Source: Callorhinchus milii (Eukaryota). Taken from it: a DNA stretch of 42,286 bases. Where the stretch lies: contig NW_024705465.1 of the NCBI RefSeq assembly GCF_018977255.1, positions 1-42,286 of the forward strand, read 5' to 3'. Shown here piece by piece: positions 1 to 10,112 of the stretch. The notes below the pieces were generated by a model. It saw only the letters and a program-made list of their open reading frames with translations, ran no database searches and had not been told where the DNA came from. Position numbers and translations under genes: made by a program. Each line of letters starts with the position of its first letter. The stretch's first letter is position 1.

Positions 1-76
1 CGGGGGTTCGTAGCGCAGCGCCACTTTGAGGCACCACGTCACGCGCTCTCGCAGCTGCAGAGCACCCCCCGTGGGG

Positions 77-548
77 CAGACGTCGCTAACGGGTTTTCAT
101 TCCTTACCCCCCGTACCCGTACCCGGCCGCACCAGGGTCGCAAATGGGTACCCGTACCCGGCTGGGTACGGGTACCCGTTCCCTACCCGTACCTGTACCG
201 TACCCGAAATGAGTGACAAACGGTTACTCACCAGTGACTCACGGTCTACCCGTATCCGTACCCGGCCGCACCAGGGTCGCAAACGGGTACCCTACCCACT
301 ACCCGGCTACCCGTACCCGGGGTACGGGTTCGGGTACGGGTACCTGATTGCGACCTCTGGGATGAAGCCATGTTGCAGGCGCGGGTGGGTTGATTCTAGG
401 AACTTGAATTGTGAGAAAGAGACAAGACGTTGGGAAATGAGTGACAAACGGTGACTCACCAGTGACTCACGGCCTACCCGTACCCCCCGGTACGGGTAGC
501 CGGGTATTGGGTAGGGTACGGGTATCGGGTACCCGGTTGCGACCTCTG
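77..548. mobile_element. hAT-type MITE, composite variant (CAGAGGTCGCAA-like TIRs, TACCCG subterminal motifs)
   Basis: Starts CAGACGTCGCTAACGGGT and ends ACCCGGTTGCGACCTCTG, with an extra internal TIR ending at ~359. Homologous to 8304-8447, 9744-10112 and 10644-10903. No TSD match at this copy. Confidence 0.75.
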
Positions 549-629
549 CTGTTGATTGTCTGCTGTACCCTCTGTAGAGCGTGAGTGCATCACTGCGTCT
601 CCGCTTGCGTGCGAGTGTCACGTGGGGGA

Positions 630-881
630 TCGGTGGCACAGCGGTTGACGCACTCTGCCACCAACTCCGTGGACCGTTCGATTCCCGCACCACATGGCCA
701 ACACTGGTGACGATTATGTGAACCGTTCCTGGGCCTCCCCTAGGTCGACTTAGACTAAAATTAGTAGCTGGTGTGATCTGTAAGCATTGCCACTAAAGAG
801 ACAAAGGTGTGGCGCTGGCCACCACCCTCTCGTGCCTTCATAGGTGCTGCTACTCGCGAACAGCACTTGCCCCAACAGTCT
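630..881 (+). mobile_element. tRNA-derived SINE
   Basis: B-box-like GTTCGATTCCC at ~676. The CCTGGGCCTCCCCTAGGTC segment is shared with the SINE at ~9358-9565 (-). The tail at 842-881 recurs inverted at ~12599-12640. Confidence 0.55.
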
Positions 882-966
882 ATTAAGGCTACACGGGGAT
901 CCTTGTCTCTGTCGTGTGTGTGTGTGCGTTGTGTGTAACATGTAATATGTCTGCAGAATCAGTCGC

Positions 967-1760
967 ATGGAGAAGAAACCCTGGACAGAGCCCAGCGCTA
1001 AAGGCACGAATGCGAGCGGTGTCCGTACACCACGGATCGCACTGGAAACATGAATCAGCACCTGAGAACTCACACGGGCGAAAAGCCATTCAAGTGCACC
1101 GTGTGTGTGAAGGCATTTTCTTCCTCACAAAATCTTAAAATTCATCAGAGAACACACACAGGGGAGAAGCCATTCATGTGCACTGCATGTGGGAAGGCAT
1201 TTGCTCTCTTACAAACTCTTCAATATCATCAGAGAACACACACAGGGGAGAAGCCATTCATGTGCACTGTGTGTGGGAAGGCATTTGCTCTCTTACAAAC
1301 TCTTCAATATCATCAGAGAACACACACAGGGGAGAAGCCATTCACGTGCACCGTGTGTGGGAAGGCATTTGCCCGTTCAAACTATCTTCTAGTTCACAAG
1401 AGAACGCACACAGGTGAGAAGCCCTTCAAGTGCACTGTGTGTTGGAAGGCATTTGCCTCTTCAAACTACCTTCAAATTCACAAGAGAACACACACGGGTG
1501 AGAAGCCCTTCACGTGCACAGAGTGTGGGAAGGGTTTTATTTCGTCAGGAAGACGAACGATGCATGAGAAGATCCACAAGGAGAGTGTGAAATCGACTCG
1601 TGAAGGTCAAAGTTCAGCTGCCATGAGCCCATCATCTCTCATAAAACAAGAACAGGAGGACTACGACGACTTCGCCACGTGGCCGGGAGTGACAGTGAAG
1701 TGTGAAGAAGGGACGACCGTGAAACGTGAGGGTCAGGAAGCTTCTCCAGGCACTTGTTAA
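967..1760 (+). CDS. C2H2 zinc-finger protein, 7 tandem fingers with TGEKPF linkers and an acidic tail (ORF 1050-1760 plus an upstream finger from 1002; probable 1-nt frame break at ~1000)
   Basis: Six CxxC-12-HxxxH fingers in the ORF. The in-frame upstream sequence RHECERCPYTTDRTGNMNQHLRTH adds a seventh. ATG at 967 (MEKKPWTEPSAK) follows an acceptor-like TCTGCAG ending at 956 and needs one extra A at GCTAAAGG to join. Confidence 0.85.
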
Positions 1761-1965
1761 TGTCATCGCAGCATCCCAATGCAGTATTCTCAACACAAAT
1801 ATCTCGAGACTCAAGGAGGCTATTCCGGACAAAATTATTCACGTTATTCTTATGATTATTGTAATCCTCACGTGTGTATATTGAACTTCTTTTGCACAGT
1901 ACGTAGCCAACCTTGCTATACATCCTAAATAGAATAGGCATCCTATGCAGAGACCGGTGCCTGCC

Positions 1966-1971
1966 AATAAA
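1966..1971 (+). terminator. Candidate polyadenylation signal of the zinc-finger gene
   Basis: AATAAA ~205 nt after the stop codon. Confidence 0.5.
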
Positions 1972-2056
1972 TGTGTAATTTCCACCCTCGAGGTCCTTCG
2001 ATTGCGATGAGAACCGTCAAGTGTGTATTTGACAATGGTGACACTTTGATTTCTGT

Positions 2057-2087
2057 TAAGGAATCAAAACCCGCTTGCGACCTCTGG
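2057..2087. mobile_element. Terminal fragment of the hAT-type MITE
   Basis: TAAGGAATCAAAACCCGCTTGCGACCTCTG matches the end of the copy at 10083-10112. Confidence 0.6.
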
Positions 2088-3874
2088 CACATGTACAAGT
2101 GTCAACAGTTGTGAACTCTGACACGTCACGGTTGAACCAGCGGACATTGTTTTTCTATTGGAGGAGCCACAATGGTGTGGACCACTCCCTAAGGTCTCTT
2201 GTCCCTCATCTCGCCACTCGTCCAAGCTCCCCCCCAAGCCTCAATTCAAGGAGCGACGGAGCGAGCTTCAACGAGGGGACCCTTCGCTAAGAATGCGATG
2301 TCACTGCCTGCCTGGAATGAGCTGGTGGATGGGCTCTGATGTGTCAGTGACTTTTGCCTCGGTGTGAACAAGAGTTGCCCCCCACTGACCCCCATGGGCA
2401 GGACTGCCCGACACTCCGGCAGCTGCCGTGTCCAGCCCAGGTTTTGCCCCGGGGACGGTGAGGATCATTGATCCATGATCATCATCATCATCATCCTCGC
2501 CGTCCGGATTGTAATCGTTGATACGATCGGTAGATTCCCATCGTCGTCACCGTCATCGCGTTTCCATTCATCACGTTTCCATTCATCACTGCTGATGTTA
2601 CGTAACCGACGCATTTACATGTGTGTCCTCAACAGCGCTTCGTGAGCAATAATCGCCAATGCAATTGTACGTTGACAACAAGCTGTATTGGGTTGTGTAT
2701 CGTTCTGCTTGCAAAAGAGTAATAATGTGTAGCATTTAGCATGAATACATTGGCTATTATCAACATTGGAGAAAATGGCTTGAACATTTTTGAAAATCTC
2801 TGCTGTGATCGTTAAAGTTTGAAAAAACATTAACCCGTAAAAACAAAGTTTTTCCACTCTAAATCCTTTATATGCGTGGCGGCTAGAGTCCTCTCGTCCT
2901 CTGGCTTGAGATGGCTGCCACCTATGGGTCAGATGATTGTCTGCCAGCATTAAGCAATTGGTAATAAATATTTAAAAATTTCCCTAAACAGTGTAAAATT
3001 TTGGAAAAAATTTCACGAAAATTAATTGTCACGCCACGAGTCTGTGTGAAAATGTCAGCTCGATTGGATCACGGGAAGTGGGTTAAAAAAACGTCCGAAA
3101 GATTTGCACGGTCTAAGCAAGCAAGCAAGTAAACTTAATATAAAGGATTTTAAAAAAGTAATTTGTAAAGATGTTTTTGCATTTCAGGGTTTATTTGGAT
3201 GGGTGCTACAGTGCAAACAAGTCTGTGCTGGTTGGAGACATGTGAAATAATGTCAAAGTTTTGGCCACGGGGGTTTGTTCAAATAGTTGTTTTTGTAAAA
3301 TATTTTATTTACGTGAACAATTTCTTGTGAGTATTTGGTTTGTCCCACAGTGCAAACACAAATTAAATTTGCACGAGGTCACGTGGCCTGCTTGTTGCTA
3401 GTGACCCACTAGTTTAGAGTTTTATTTTACGAAAAAAAAGTTTCTTACTTTTTTTTACAAATAAACATTACGACTGTTTAGAATTATGACGGTTAACCGA
3501 AGTGGTTTTCGTCGCTCGTAACCGTCTGTATTTGCTACTTACAGCTGCAACATTATGTTTGTCTTCGCGTGGGTTGACCGTCTGATCGCGTGGTGCAGAA
3601 TTTGTCTTGAAAGGGGGAAAAGTCAATCGACAATTTTTAAACAAACCAACAATATCAATTGGACCTCAAAGCAATGGCATATGCACCATAAACTCTTCCT
3701 GAGATTCGGAATCTGCGTCTCCTAAATTCTAGAAATATCAAATGATACAGCAACCCATGGTTTGATAGCTTGGGTTACGGTGTACATTCTAATTTGTTTT
3801 TGGGGGTGGCCAATTTGATCGTCCGTATTTACGTATTTGCAGCATATATCTCAAGCAGCCATGGCTTGGTTAAG

Positions 3875-4277
3875 TAACACTGGTCAACAACAAAACATTG
3901 TTTTCTGGCTGGACTTTTGCAGCTGTTCTAGACTAATTTCAGGGGGCTGATTCCAAATCTGATCTCAGATTTGCTCCATCACATCTCATTTTATGCTATC
4001 GGCATACTCCATTTTCATTGATTTTACCCGAAGTTAACTCTGTCACTTATGATTGCAAGTTGTTGCGAGTCAGTGACTGCTTTAGTGTTAAAATATGGTG
4101 CTGTATTTTTAGGATAGTGTGTTTATAATATCATTTTATGTAGATATCCACATTTATTTAATATTTTTCTTCCGCAGTTTTTATTGAAAATGCAATATTT
4201 GATATCTCAAAAACCTCACGTGATAGACAAAAACTGATGCCAGATTTGGAATCAGCACCCCAAAATTACCTTAAACC
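3875..4277 (+). mobile_element. Non-autonomous DNA transposon (unclassified), truncated where the Penelope-derived repeat begins
   Basis: About 350 bp nearly identical, inverted, to 13084-13449. Both copies begin TAACACTGGTCAACA from opposite element ends (TIR). Internal inverted GCTGATTCCAAATCTG/CAGATTTGGAATCAGC motif. Confidence 0.65.
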
Positions 4278-4388
4278 TTTTCGATTTAAAGCTTTCGTGA
4301 CTGCAGGGATTCATCTTCTTGGTTCTTTCGGTAAAGTCACGTAGAAGGGAAATAATAAATATTAAAAATAAAACATAATAAAATAATT

Positions 4389-4433
4389 CTCACGACGTTT
4401 CGGCCACAACGCAAGCAGCCGTCCTCAGGTGAA
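4389..4433 (-). ncRNA. Minimal type I hammerhead ribozyme (Penelope-associated)
   Basis: Reverse complement reads TTCAC-CTGAGGA-CGGCTGCTTGCGTTGTGGCC-GAAACGTC-GTGAG: CUGANGA and GAAA cores, helix II, GUC cleavage triplet, helix I TTCAC/GTGAG. Confidence 0.8.
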
Positions 4434-4490
4434 GAACAGGTCTGTCGGGAAGGCATTCAGACAGCTGTCTGAATGTCGACAGACCTGGTC

Positions 4491-4535
4491 TTCACCTGAG
4501 GACGGCTGCTTGCGTTGTGGCCGAAACGTCGTGAG
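4491..4535 (+). ncRNA. Minimal type I hammerhead ribozyme (Penelope-associated)
   Basis: CTGAGGA at 4496-4502, helix II GGCTGC/GTGGCC, GAAACGTC at 4523-4530 (predicted cleavage after 4530), helix I 4491-4495 with 4531-4535. Confidence 0.8.
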
Positions 4536-4931
4536 AATTATTTTATTATGTTTTATTTTTATTATTTTATTACTTCCTTCTACGTGACTTTACCGAAAGA
4601 AAGAAGAAAAACCATAACATTTCGATTTAAAGCTTTCGTGGACTGCAGGGATTCATCTTCTTGGTTCGGTAAAGTCACGTAGAAGGGAAATAATAAAAAT
4701 GTTTTATTATCCTTTCAAAAATGTTTTATTCTTATTCATCTTCTTGATTCGGTAAAGTCACGGCAGAAGGGGAATAATAAAATAAAAAAGATGAACTTTT
4801 ATTCTTTTATTACTTCCCTTCTACGCGACTTTACCGAAAGAACAAGAAGAAAAAACACAACACTCTATATGAAAAGAAAACAAACCTTGTTGGCCAAGGC
4901 GATGGCGTCATTCCGAGGCAAGGCCGGTGAC

Positions 4932-5062
4932 CTGCCGTTACAGCATGGGAGCTGCACCGTCATAAACGCGCCCGTTACAGCGTGGAACTGCACCGTCATA
5001 ACGCGCCTGTTATAGCGTGGAAGCTGCAACGTCATAACGCGCCTGTTATAGGTGGAAGCTAC
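4932..5062. repeat. ~36-bp tandem repeat, ~3.5 copies
   Basis: Unit resembles GCCTGTTATAGCGTGGAAGCTGCACCGTCATAACGC. Confidence 0.7.
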
Positions 5063-5065
5063 ACG

Positions 5066-5200
5066 TCAGGAGGTGAACAAGTCTGCTACAGCAGGAACGT
5101 GGTGCCGTTTTCTGAGCGTGTCGACCGTGCTGGGCGGGTCGTGGGCCGTGGACGTGGGTTGCGGGCGGCTCATCGACACGGGGGGCAGTCGTCCATCCTG
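5066..5200 (-). CDS. CTX/CAR-like Ig gene, probable last (cytoplasmic) exon
   Basis: Strong pyrimidine tract plus CAGCAG acceptor. A phase-2 join gives NDSW-MDDCPP, like the CAR HDIREDVPPP junction. The long tail (...TVDTLRKRHHVPAVADLFTS*) needs one more C in the C6 run at 5180-5185; otherwise it stops after MDDCPPCR. Confidence 0.5.
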   Translation of the reverse strand, partial: QDGRLPPVSMSRPQPTSTAHDPPSTVDTLRKRHHVPAVADLFTS

Positions 5201-5214
5201 CTGCGGGAGGCGAG

Positions 5215-5510
5215 AGAGGGAGGGAGGTGAGGGAGGTGAGGGAGGGAGGCGAGGGAGGGAGGGGGGAGGGGGCACGGGAGGGAGGTGAGGGAGGTGAGGG
5301 AGGGAGGTGAGGGAGGGAGGGTGGTGAGGGAGGTGAGGGAGGGAGGGAGGGAGGTGAGGGGAGGGAGGGAGGTGAGGGAGGGAGGTGAGGGAGGGAGCGA
5401 GGTGAGGCAGGGAGCGAGGTGAGGGAGGGAGCGAGGTGAGGGAGGGAGGGGAGCGAGGCGAGGGAGGGAGGAGGGGAGGGTGGTGAGGGAGGGCACGGGG
5501 AGGGAGGGAA
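5215..5510. repeat. GGGA/GGTGA purine-rich simple repeat
   Basis: Visible low-complexity tandem array. Confidence 0.9.
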
Positions 5511-5729
5511 TCAGACAAACGTCCATCTGTTAAAAGTCACGTATGCTCAGAATCAAGAGTCTGTATTCAGGCTGGAGGAGGAAAGGAATCCGATGAGCTA
5601 TGAAGCTCTCTTTCACAGAGGTCCAGTAAGGTCACGGGGTACGAGTTCACGCTCGCAACACAGGAGGCTGTCACTGTCCGATTTGCAACAACGCGGGTGC
5701 TGTGCCAGTGGGTGTGGGCGAGCGGCCGT

Positions 5730-6705
5730 GGGGTGAGTGGGTCAGTGGGCGAGCGGGGCCTGTGGGTGAGTGGGTCAGTGGGTGAGTGGGGGCCTGTGGG
5801 TGAGTGGGTCAGTGGGTGAGTGGGCGAGCGGCTCAATGGGTGAGTGGGCCAGTGGCTGAGTGGGTGTAGGTGAGTGGGTGAGTGGGTGAGTGGGCCAGTG
5901 GCTGAGTGGGTGAGTGGGTCAGTGGGTGAGTTGGGTCAGTGGGTGAGTGGGTCAGTGGTCAGTGGGTGAGTGGGTCAGTGGGTGAGTGGTCAGTGGGTGA
6001 GTGGGTGAGTGGGTCAGTGGGTGAGTGGGTCAGTGGGTGAGTGGGTCAGTGGGGAGTGGGTCAGTGGGTAGTGGGTGAGTGGGTCAGTGGGTCAGTGGGT
6101 GAGTGGTCAGGGGTGAGTGGGTCAGTGGGTGAGTGGGTCGGGGTGGAGTGGGTGAGTGGGTCAGTGGGTGAGTGGGTCAGTGGGTGAGTGGGTCAGTGGG
6201 TGAGTGGGTGAGTGGCTTAGTGGGTGAGTGGGTCAGTGGGTGAGTGGGTCAGTGGGTGAGTGGGTCAGTGGGTGAGTGGTCAGTGGTGAGTGGGTCAGTG
6301 GGTCAGTGGGTGAGTGGGTCAGTGGGTCAGTGGGCGAGCGGCTCAGTGGGTGAGTGGCTCAGTGGGTGAGTGGGTCAGTGGGTGAGTGGGTGAGTGGGTC
6401 AGTGGGTGAGTGGGTCAGTGGGTCAGTGGGTGAGTGGGTCAGTGGGTGAGTGGGTCAGTGGGTGAGTGGTGAGTGGGTGAGTGGGTCAGTGGGTGAGTGG
6501 GTCAGTGGGTGAGTGGGTCAGTGGGTCAGTGGGTCAGTGGGCGAGCGGCTCAGTGGGTGAGTGGGTCAGTGGGTGAGTGGGTCAGTGGGTGAGTGGGTGA
6601 GTTGAGTGGGTGAGTGGGTCAGTGGGTGAGTGGGTGAGTGGGTCAGTGGGTGAGTGGGTCAGTGGGTGAGTGGGTCAGTGGGTGAGTGGGTCAGTGGGTG
6701 AGTGG
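5730..6705. repeat. 8-bp minisatellite (GTGGGTGA/GTGGGTCA)n
   Basis: About 1 kb tandem array. Confidence 0.95.
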
Positions 6706-6765
6706 GCGAATGAGCAGGTGAGCGGGCGGCCGGGCGAGTGGGCGAGGGAGCGGGTGGGACCTCAC

Positions 6766-6920
6766 CAGCTGTCGTTGCGATAGTCTCGGTTGCACACCGG
6801 CTTGCGCAGCCGGCACCAGACGAAGAAGCCGATTACGGTGACGACGAGAGACACGCCCGGCACGGCGCCCGTCACGGCGCCCGTCACGGCGCCCGGCACG
6901 GCGCCCGGCGTTACTGCTCG
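6766..6920 (-). CDS. CTX/CAR-like Ig gene, transmembrane exon
   Basis: Encodes GAVPGAVTGAVTGAVPGVSLVVTVIGFFVWCRLRKPVCNRDYRNDS: a hydrophobic helix with GxxxG, a basic stop-transfer segment and a CAR/ESAM-like ND end. Donor GTGAG at 6765 (phase 2). Candidate acceptor CAGs at 6921-6923 and 6914-6916; the latter is in frame for phase 1. Confidence 0.75.
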
Positions 6921-6969
6921 CTGCACGCGGCACACCACGTATCACACGCACGCCAGCGTCACTGCACTA

Positions 6970-7330
6970 CGCACACACCACGCATCACACCACACACACA
7001 CCACACACAGACCACACATCACACCACACACACACCACACACACACACGCACGCACACACCACACACACACCACACACACACACCACACACACACACCCA
7101 CACACACACACACACCATCACACACACACCCACACACACCACCACACACACACACCACACACACACCACACACACCACACACACCACACACACACCACAC
7201 ACACACCACACACACCACACACACACCACACACACCACACACACACCACACACACACCACACACACCACCACACACACCACACACACACCACACACACAC
7301 CACACACACACCACACACACACCACACACA

Positions 7331-7398
<68 letters not shown>

Positions 7399-7414
7399 AC
7401 ACACACACCACACA

Positions 7415-7445
<31 letters not shown>

Positions 7446-7643
7446 CCACACACACACACACACACCACACACACACACCACACACACACACACACACCAC
7501 ACACACACACACACACACCACACACACACACACACACCACACACACCACACACACACCACACACACACCACACACACACACCACACACACACCACACACA
7601 CACCACACACACACACACACACCACACACACACACACACCACA

Positions 7644-7674
<31 letters not shown>

Positions 7675-7766
7675 CACCACACACACCACACACACACCAC
7701 ACACACACACACACACCACACACACACACACACACACCACACACACACACCACACACACACACACA

Positions 7767-7819
<53 letters not shown>

Positions 7820-7881
7820 ACACACACACCACACACTGCACACACACCACACACCACACCATACACTGCACACACACCACA

Positions 7882-7937
<56 letters not shown>

Positions 7938-8070
7938 CACCACACACACACCACACACACACACCACACACACACCACACACACACCACACACACACCAC
8001 ACACTACCACACACCACACACACACCACACACACACCACACACACCACACACCTCACACACACCACACAT
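6970..8070. repeat. (CA)n/(CCACA)n microsatellite tract
   Basis: About 1.1 kb of CA-only low complexity. The long His/Thr and Cys/Val ORFs are by-products. Confidence 0.97.
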
Positions 8071-8117
8071 CACATCGTCGTCGTCACGTTGCTCGCACTG
8101 GTAGAGGTGGCACCCAC

Positions 8118-8267
8118 CCAGCACGGAGGGTAATGGTTCCTCTCCGCCAGCCTTCTTCCACTCGTAGCTGATGGGCGACGTCCCCTCTGTGGACAGGCAC
8201 CGCAGAGACAGCTCCTTGCCCTGCAGCACCGAACCGTTCACCACGCAGCTGGGCTGGCTCGCCTTCA
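8118..8267 (-). CDS. CTX/CAR-like Ig gene exon 4 (first half of C2 domain)
   Basis: Acceptor TGCAG at 8268, phase 1. (V)KASQPSCVVNGSVLQGKELSLRCLSTEGTSPISYEWKK resembles CAR VKPS..RC..GS...L.C...EGS.P..YEW, including the extra CTX-type Cys. Donor GTGGGT at 8117. Confidence 0.8.
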
Positions 8268-8303
8268 CTGCACCAGCTGGGAGAGTGGGGGGGGAGCAAG
8301 GGG

Positions 8304-8447
8304 CAGAGGTCGCAAACGGGTTTTGATTCCTTACCCGTACCCGGCCGCACCAGGGTCGCAAACGGCTACCCGTACCCTACCCGATACCCGGCTACCCGTA
8401 CCCGGCCGGGTAGGGTACGGGTATCGGGTACCCGATTTCGACCTCTG
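8304..8447. mobile_element. hAT-type MITE, 144-bp core
   Basis: TIRs CAGAGGTCG..CGACCTCTG; 8-bp TSD GCAAGGGG/GCAAGGGC. Confidence 0.85.
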
Positions 8448-8529
8448 GCAAGGGCTCACAACAGCTTCAAGTGTTCTCTGTTGCGCTTGGTTTGGGGCGG
8501 TTGGCCACGTGACGGGAAGCTACTGGGGC

Positions 8530-8678
8530 TGCGTGTACGTGTGTCTACATGCGTGCGTGTACGTGCGTGCGTGTATGTGCGTGTACGTGCGTGTGTGTAC
8601 GTGTGTCTACATGCGCGTGCGTGCGTGCGTGTACGTGTGTGTACGTGTGTCTACATGCGCGCGCGTGCGTGCGTGCGT
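8530..8678. repeat. (CGTG/TGTA)n simple repeat
   Basis: Visible tandem low complexity. Confidence 0.85.
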
Positions 8679-8685
8679 TCGTTAC

Positions 8686-8881
8686 CCAGCACGACGAGCC
8701 TGATGGGCACCTGCTGGATGAAAGCGCCAAACTTCACTCTGCACGTGTAGACTCCCCCGTCGTTCCCCTGCAGCGCGGCGATCTGCAGCGACGCGTCCCG
8801 CTGCGTCACGTTGCGCGCGAAGCGCACGCGGGACGCGAAGTCCGGGTAGATGTGCTCCTCGTCCCCGACGAACGTGGCCAA
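8686..8881 (-). CDS. CTX/CAR-like Ig gene exon 3 (second half of V domain)
   Basis: Acceptor CCTCAG at 8882. Encodes ...FASRVRF..NVTQRDASLQIAALQGNDGGVYTCRVK...IRLVVL (V-set DASL and D-G-Y-C motifs). Donor GTAAC at 8685; 196 nt, phase 0 to phase 1. Confidence 0.9.
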
Positions 8882-8908
8882 CTGAGGATAGGGGGGACAA
8901 AAAGGTAT

Positions 8909-9106
8909 CCGCCGCCGCCGCCGCCACCACCACCACCACCGCCGCCACCACCACCACCACCACCGCCGCCACCGCCACCACCGCCACCACCACCACCGCC
9001 GCCGCCGCCACCACCGCCACCGCCACCACCATCACCGCCACCACCACCACCGCCACCGCCGCCGCCACCACCACCGCCGCCACCATCACCGCCACCACCG
9101 CCACCA

Positions 9107-9137
<31 letters not shown>

Positions 9138-9350
9138 GCCACCACCGCCGACACCACCACCACCACCACCACCGCCACCACCCCGCCACCACCGCCACCA
9201 CACCGCCACCACCGCCACCACCACCGCCACCCACCACCGCCACCACCGCCACCACCACCACCCACCACCGCCCCACCACCACCGCCACCACCGCCGCCAC
9301 CACCGCCACCACCACCACCGCCACCGCCACCACCACCGCCGCCACCGCCA
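8909..9350. repeat. (CCA/CCG)n trinucleotide repeat
   Basis: Visible; source of the poly-Pro and poly-Gly ORFs. Confidence 0.95.
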
Positions 9351-9357
9351 GCTAAAC

Positions 9358-9565
9358 AGCGCGCTGCCGGGCAGAGCGCTCGCCGCAGCGGAGGCCGGCT
9401 ACGGTGGAGACGTTCGCTACGCAACCGCATTTTAGGCCGAGTTGACCTAGGGAAGGCCCAGGGACCACGTTCGGTGTTGGGCCACGAGTGGGAATCGAAC
9501 TCGGGTCTCCAGGTTCGTAGCGCGACGGAGCGCTATCGACGCTTCTGCTTCCCACGACGCCTATG
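9358..9565 (-). mobile_element. tRNA-derived SINE
   Basis: Minus strand has a tRNA-like head with B box GAGTTCGATTCCC, and a body shared with the copy at ~630-881. Confidence 0.6.
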
Positions 9566-9743
9566 AAGGCAACGTCACGTGGGTGGTGGGGTGGTGCCCG
9601 GCACCCCCAGCGACGACGTTCGCTAGGCAACCGCAGCGGGTACTCGTTTCAGGCCGAGAGAACCTAGGCGTGGGCCAGCAGCGGTTCGTTATTATCGTCA
9701 GTGGTGTTGTCCACTGGCAGGTCACGGGGCAGAGCCAGAGGGT

Positions 9744-10112
9744 CAGAGGTCGCAACCGGGTACCCGATACTCGTACCCGGCTACCCGGCCGGGTATGGCA
9801 ACGGGTACCCGTTTGTGACCCTGGTGCACCGGGTACGGGTACGGGTAGGCCGTGAGTCACTGGTGAGTCACCGTTTGTCGCTCATTTCCCAACGTCTTGT
9901 CTCTTCTCACAATTCAAGTTCCTAGAATCAACCCACCCGCGCCTGCAACATGGCTTCATCCCAGAGGTCGCAATCGGGTACCCGATACCCGTACCCTACC
10001 CGATACCCGGCCGGGTACGGGTAGCCGGGTATCGGGTAGCGTACGGGTAGCCGATTGCCACCCTGGTGCGGCCGGGTACGGGTAAGGAATCAAAACCCGT
10101 TTGCGACCTCTG
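9744..10112. mobile_element. hAT-type MITE, composite variant
   Basis: TIRs at both ends, perfect 8-bp TSD CAGAGGGT, and a third internal TIR at ~9962. Confidence 0.9.

Larger units (their letters stand above)
4280..4855. mobile_element. Penelope-like element terminal-repeat (pLTR) cluster arranged as inverted repeats
   Basis: Homologous to the 3' end of the Penelope element at ~31100-31175 (TACGTGAC..ACC.AAAGAACCA...CCTGCAGTCACGAAAGCTT). Long palindrome ~4325-4605 centred at 4464/4465, and a second shorter one at ~4740-4850. Confidence 0.75.

Noticed and set aside
26..693. YPYP/GYGY-rich ORFs (also at 8323, 9561-10192 and 10378-10846)
   Set aside because: Translations of TACCCG motifs in the MITE family.
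2100..3870. Possible decayed DNA-transposon sequence between the two genes
   Set aside because: No second copy, clear TIR/TSD or transposase motif is visible in the window, so it cannot be classified without a database search.
4932..5062. ~36-bp repeats resembling a CRISPR array
   Set aside because: Contiguous tandem units without unique spacers, eukaryotic context, no cas genes.
6738..8171. 300-480-aa His/Thr- and Cys/Val-rich ORFs
   Set aside because: Translations of a CA microsatellite that lacks stop codons.
8549..9430. Poly-Pro, poly-Gly and poly-Val ORFs
   Set aside because: CCA/CCG trinucleotide repeat in an intron.
9480..9560. Possible tRNA gene
   Set aside because: Has a B box but no complete cloverleaf, and continues into a SINE body shared with another copy.
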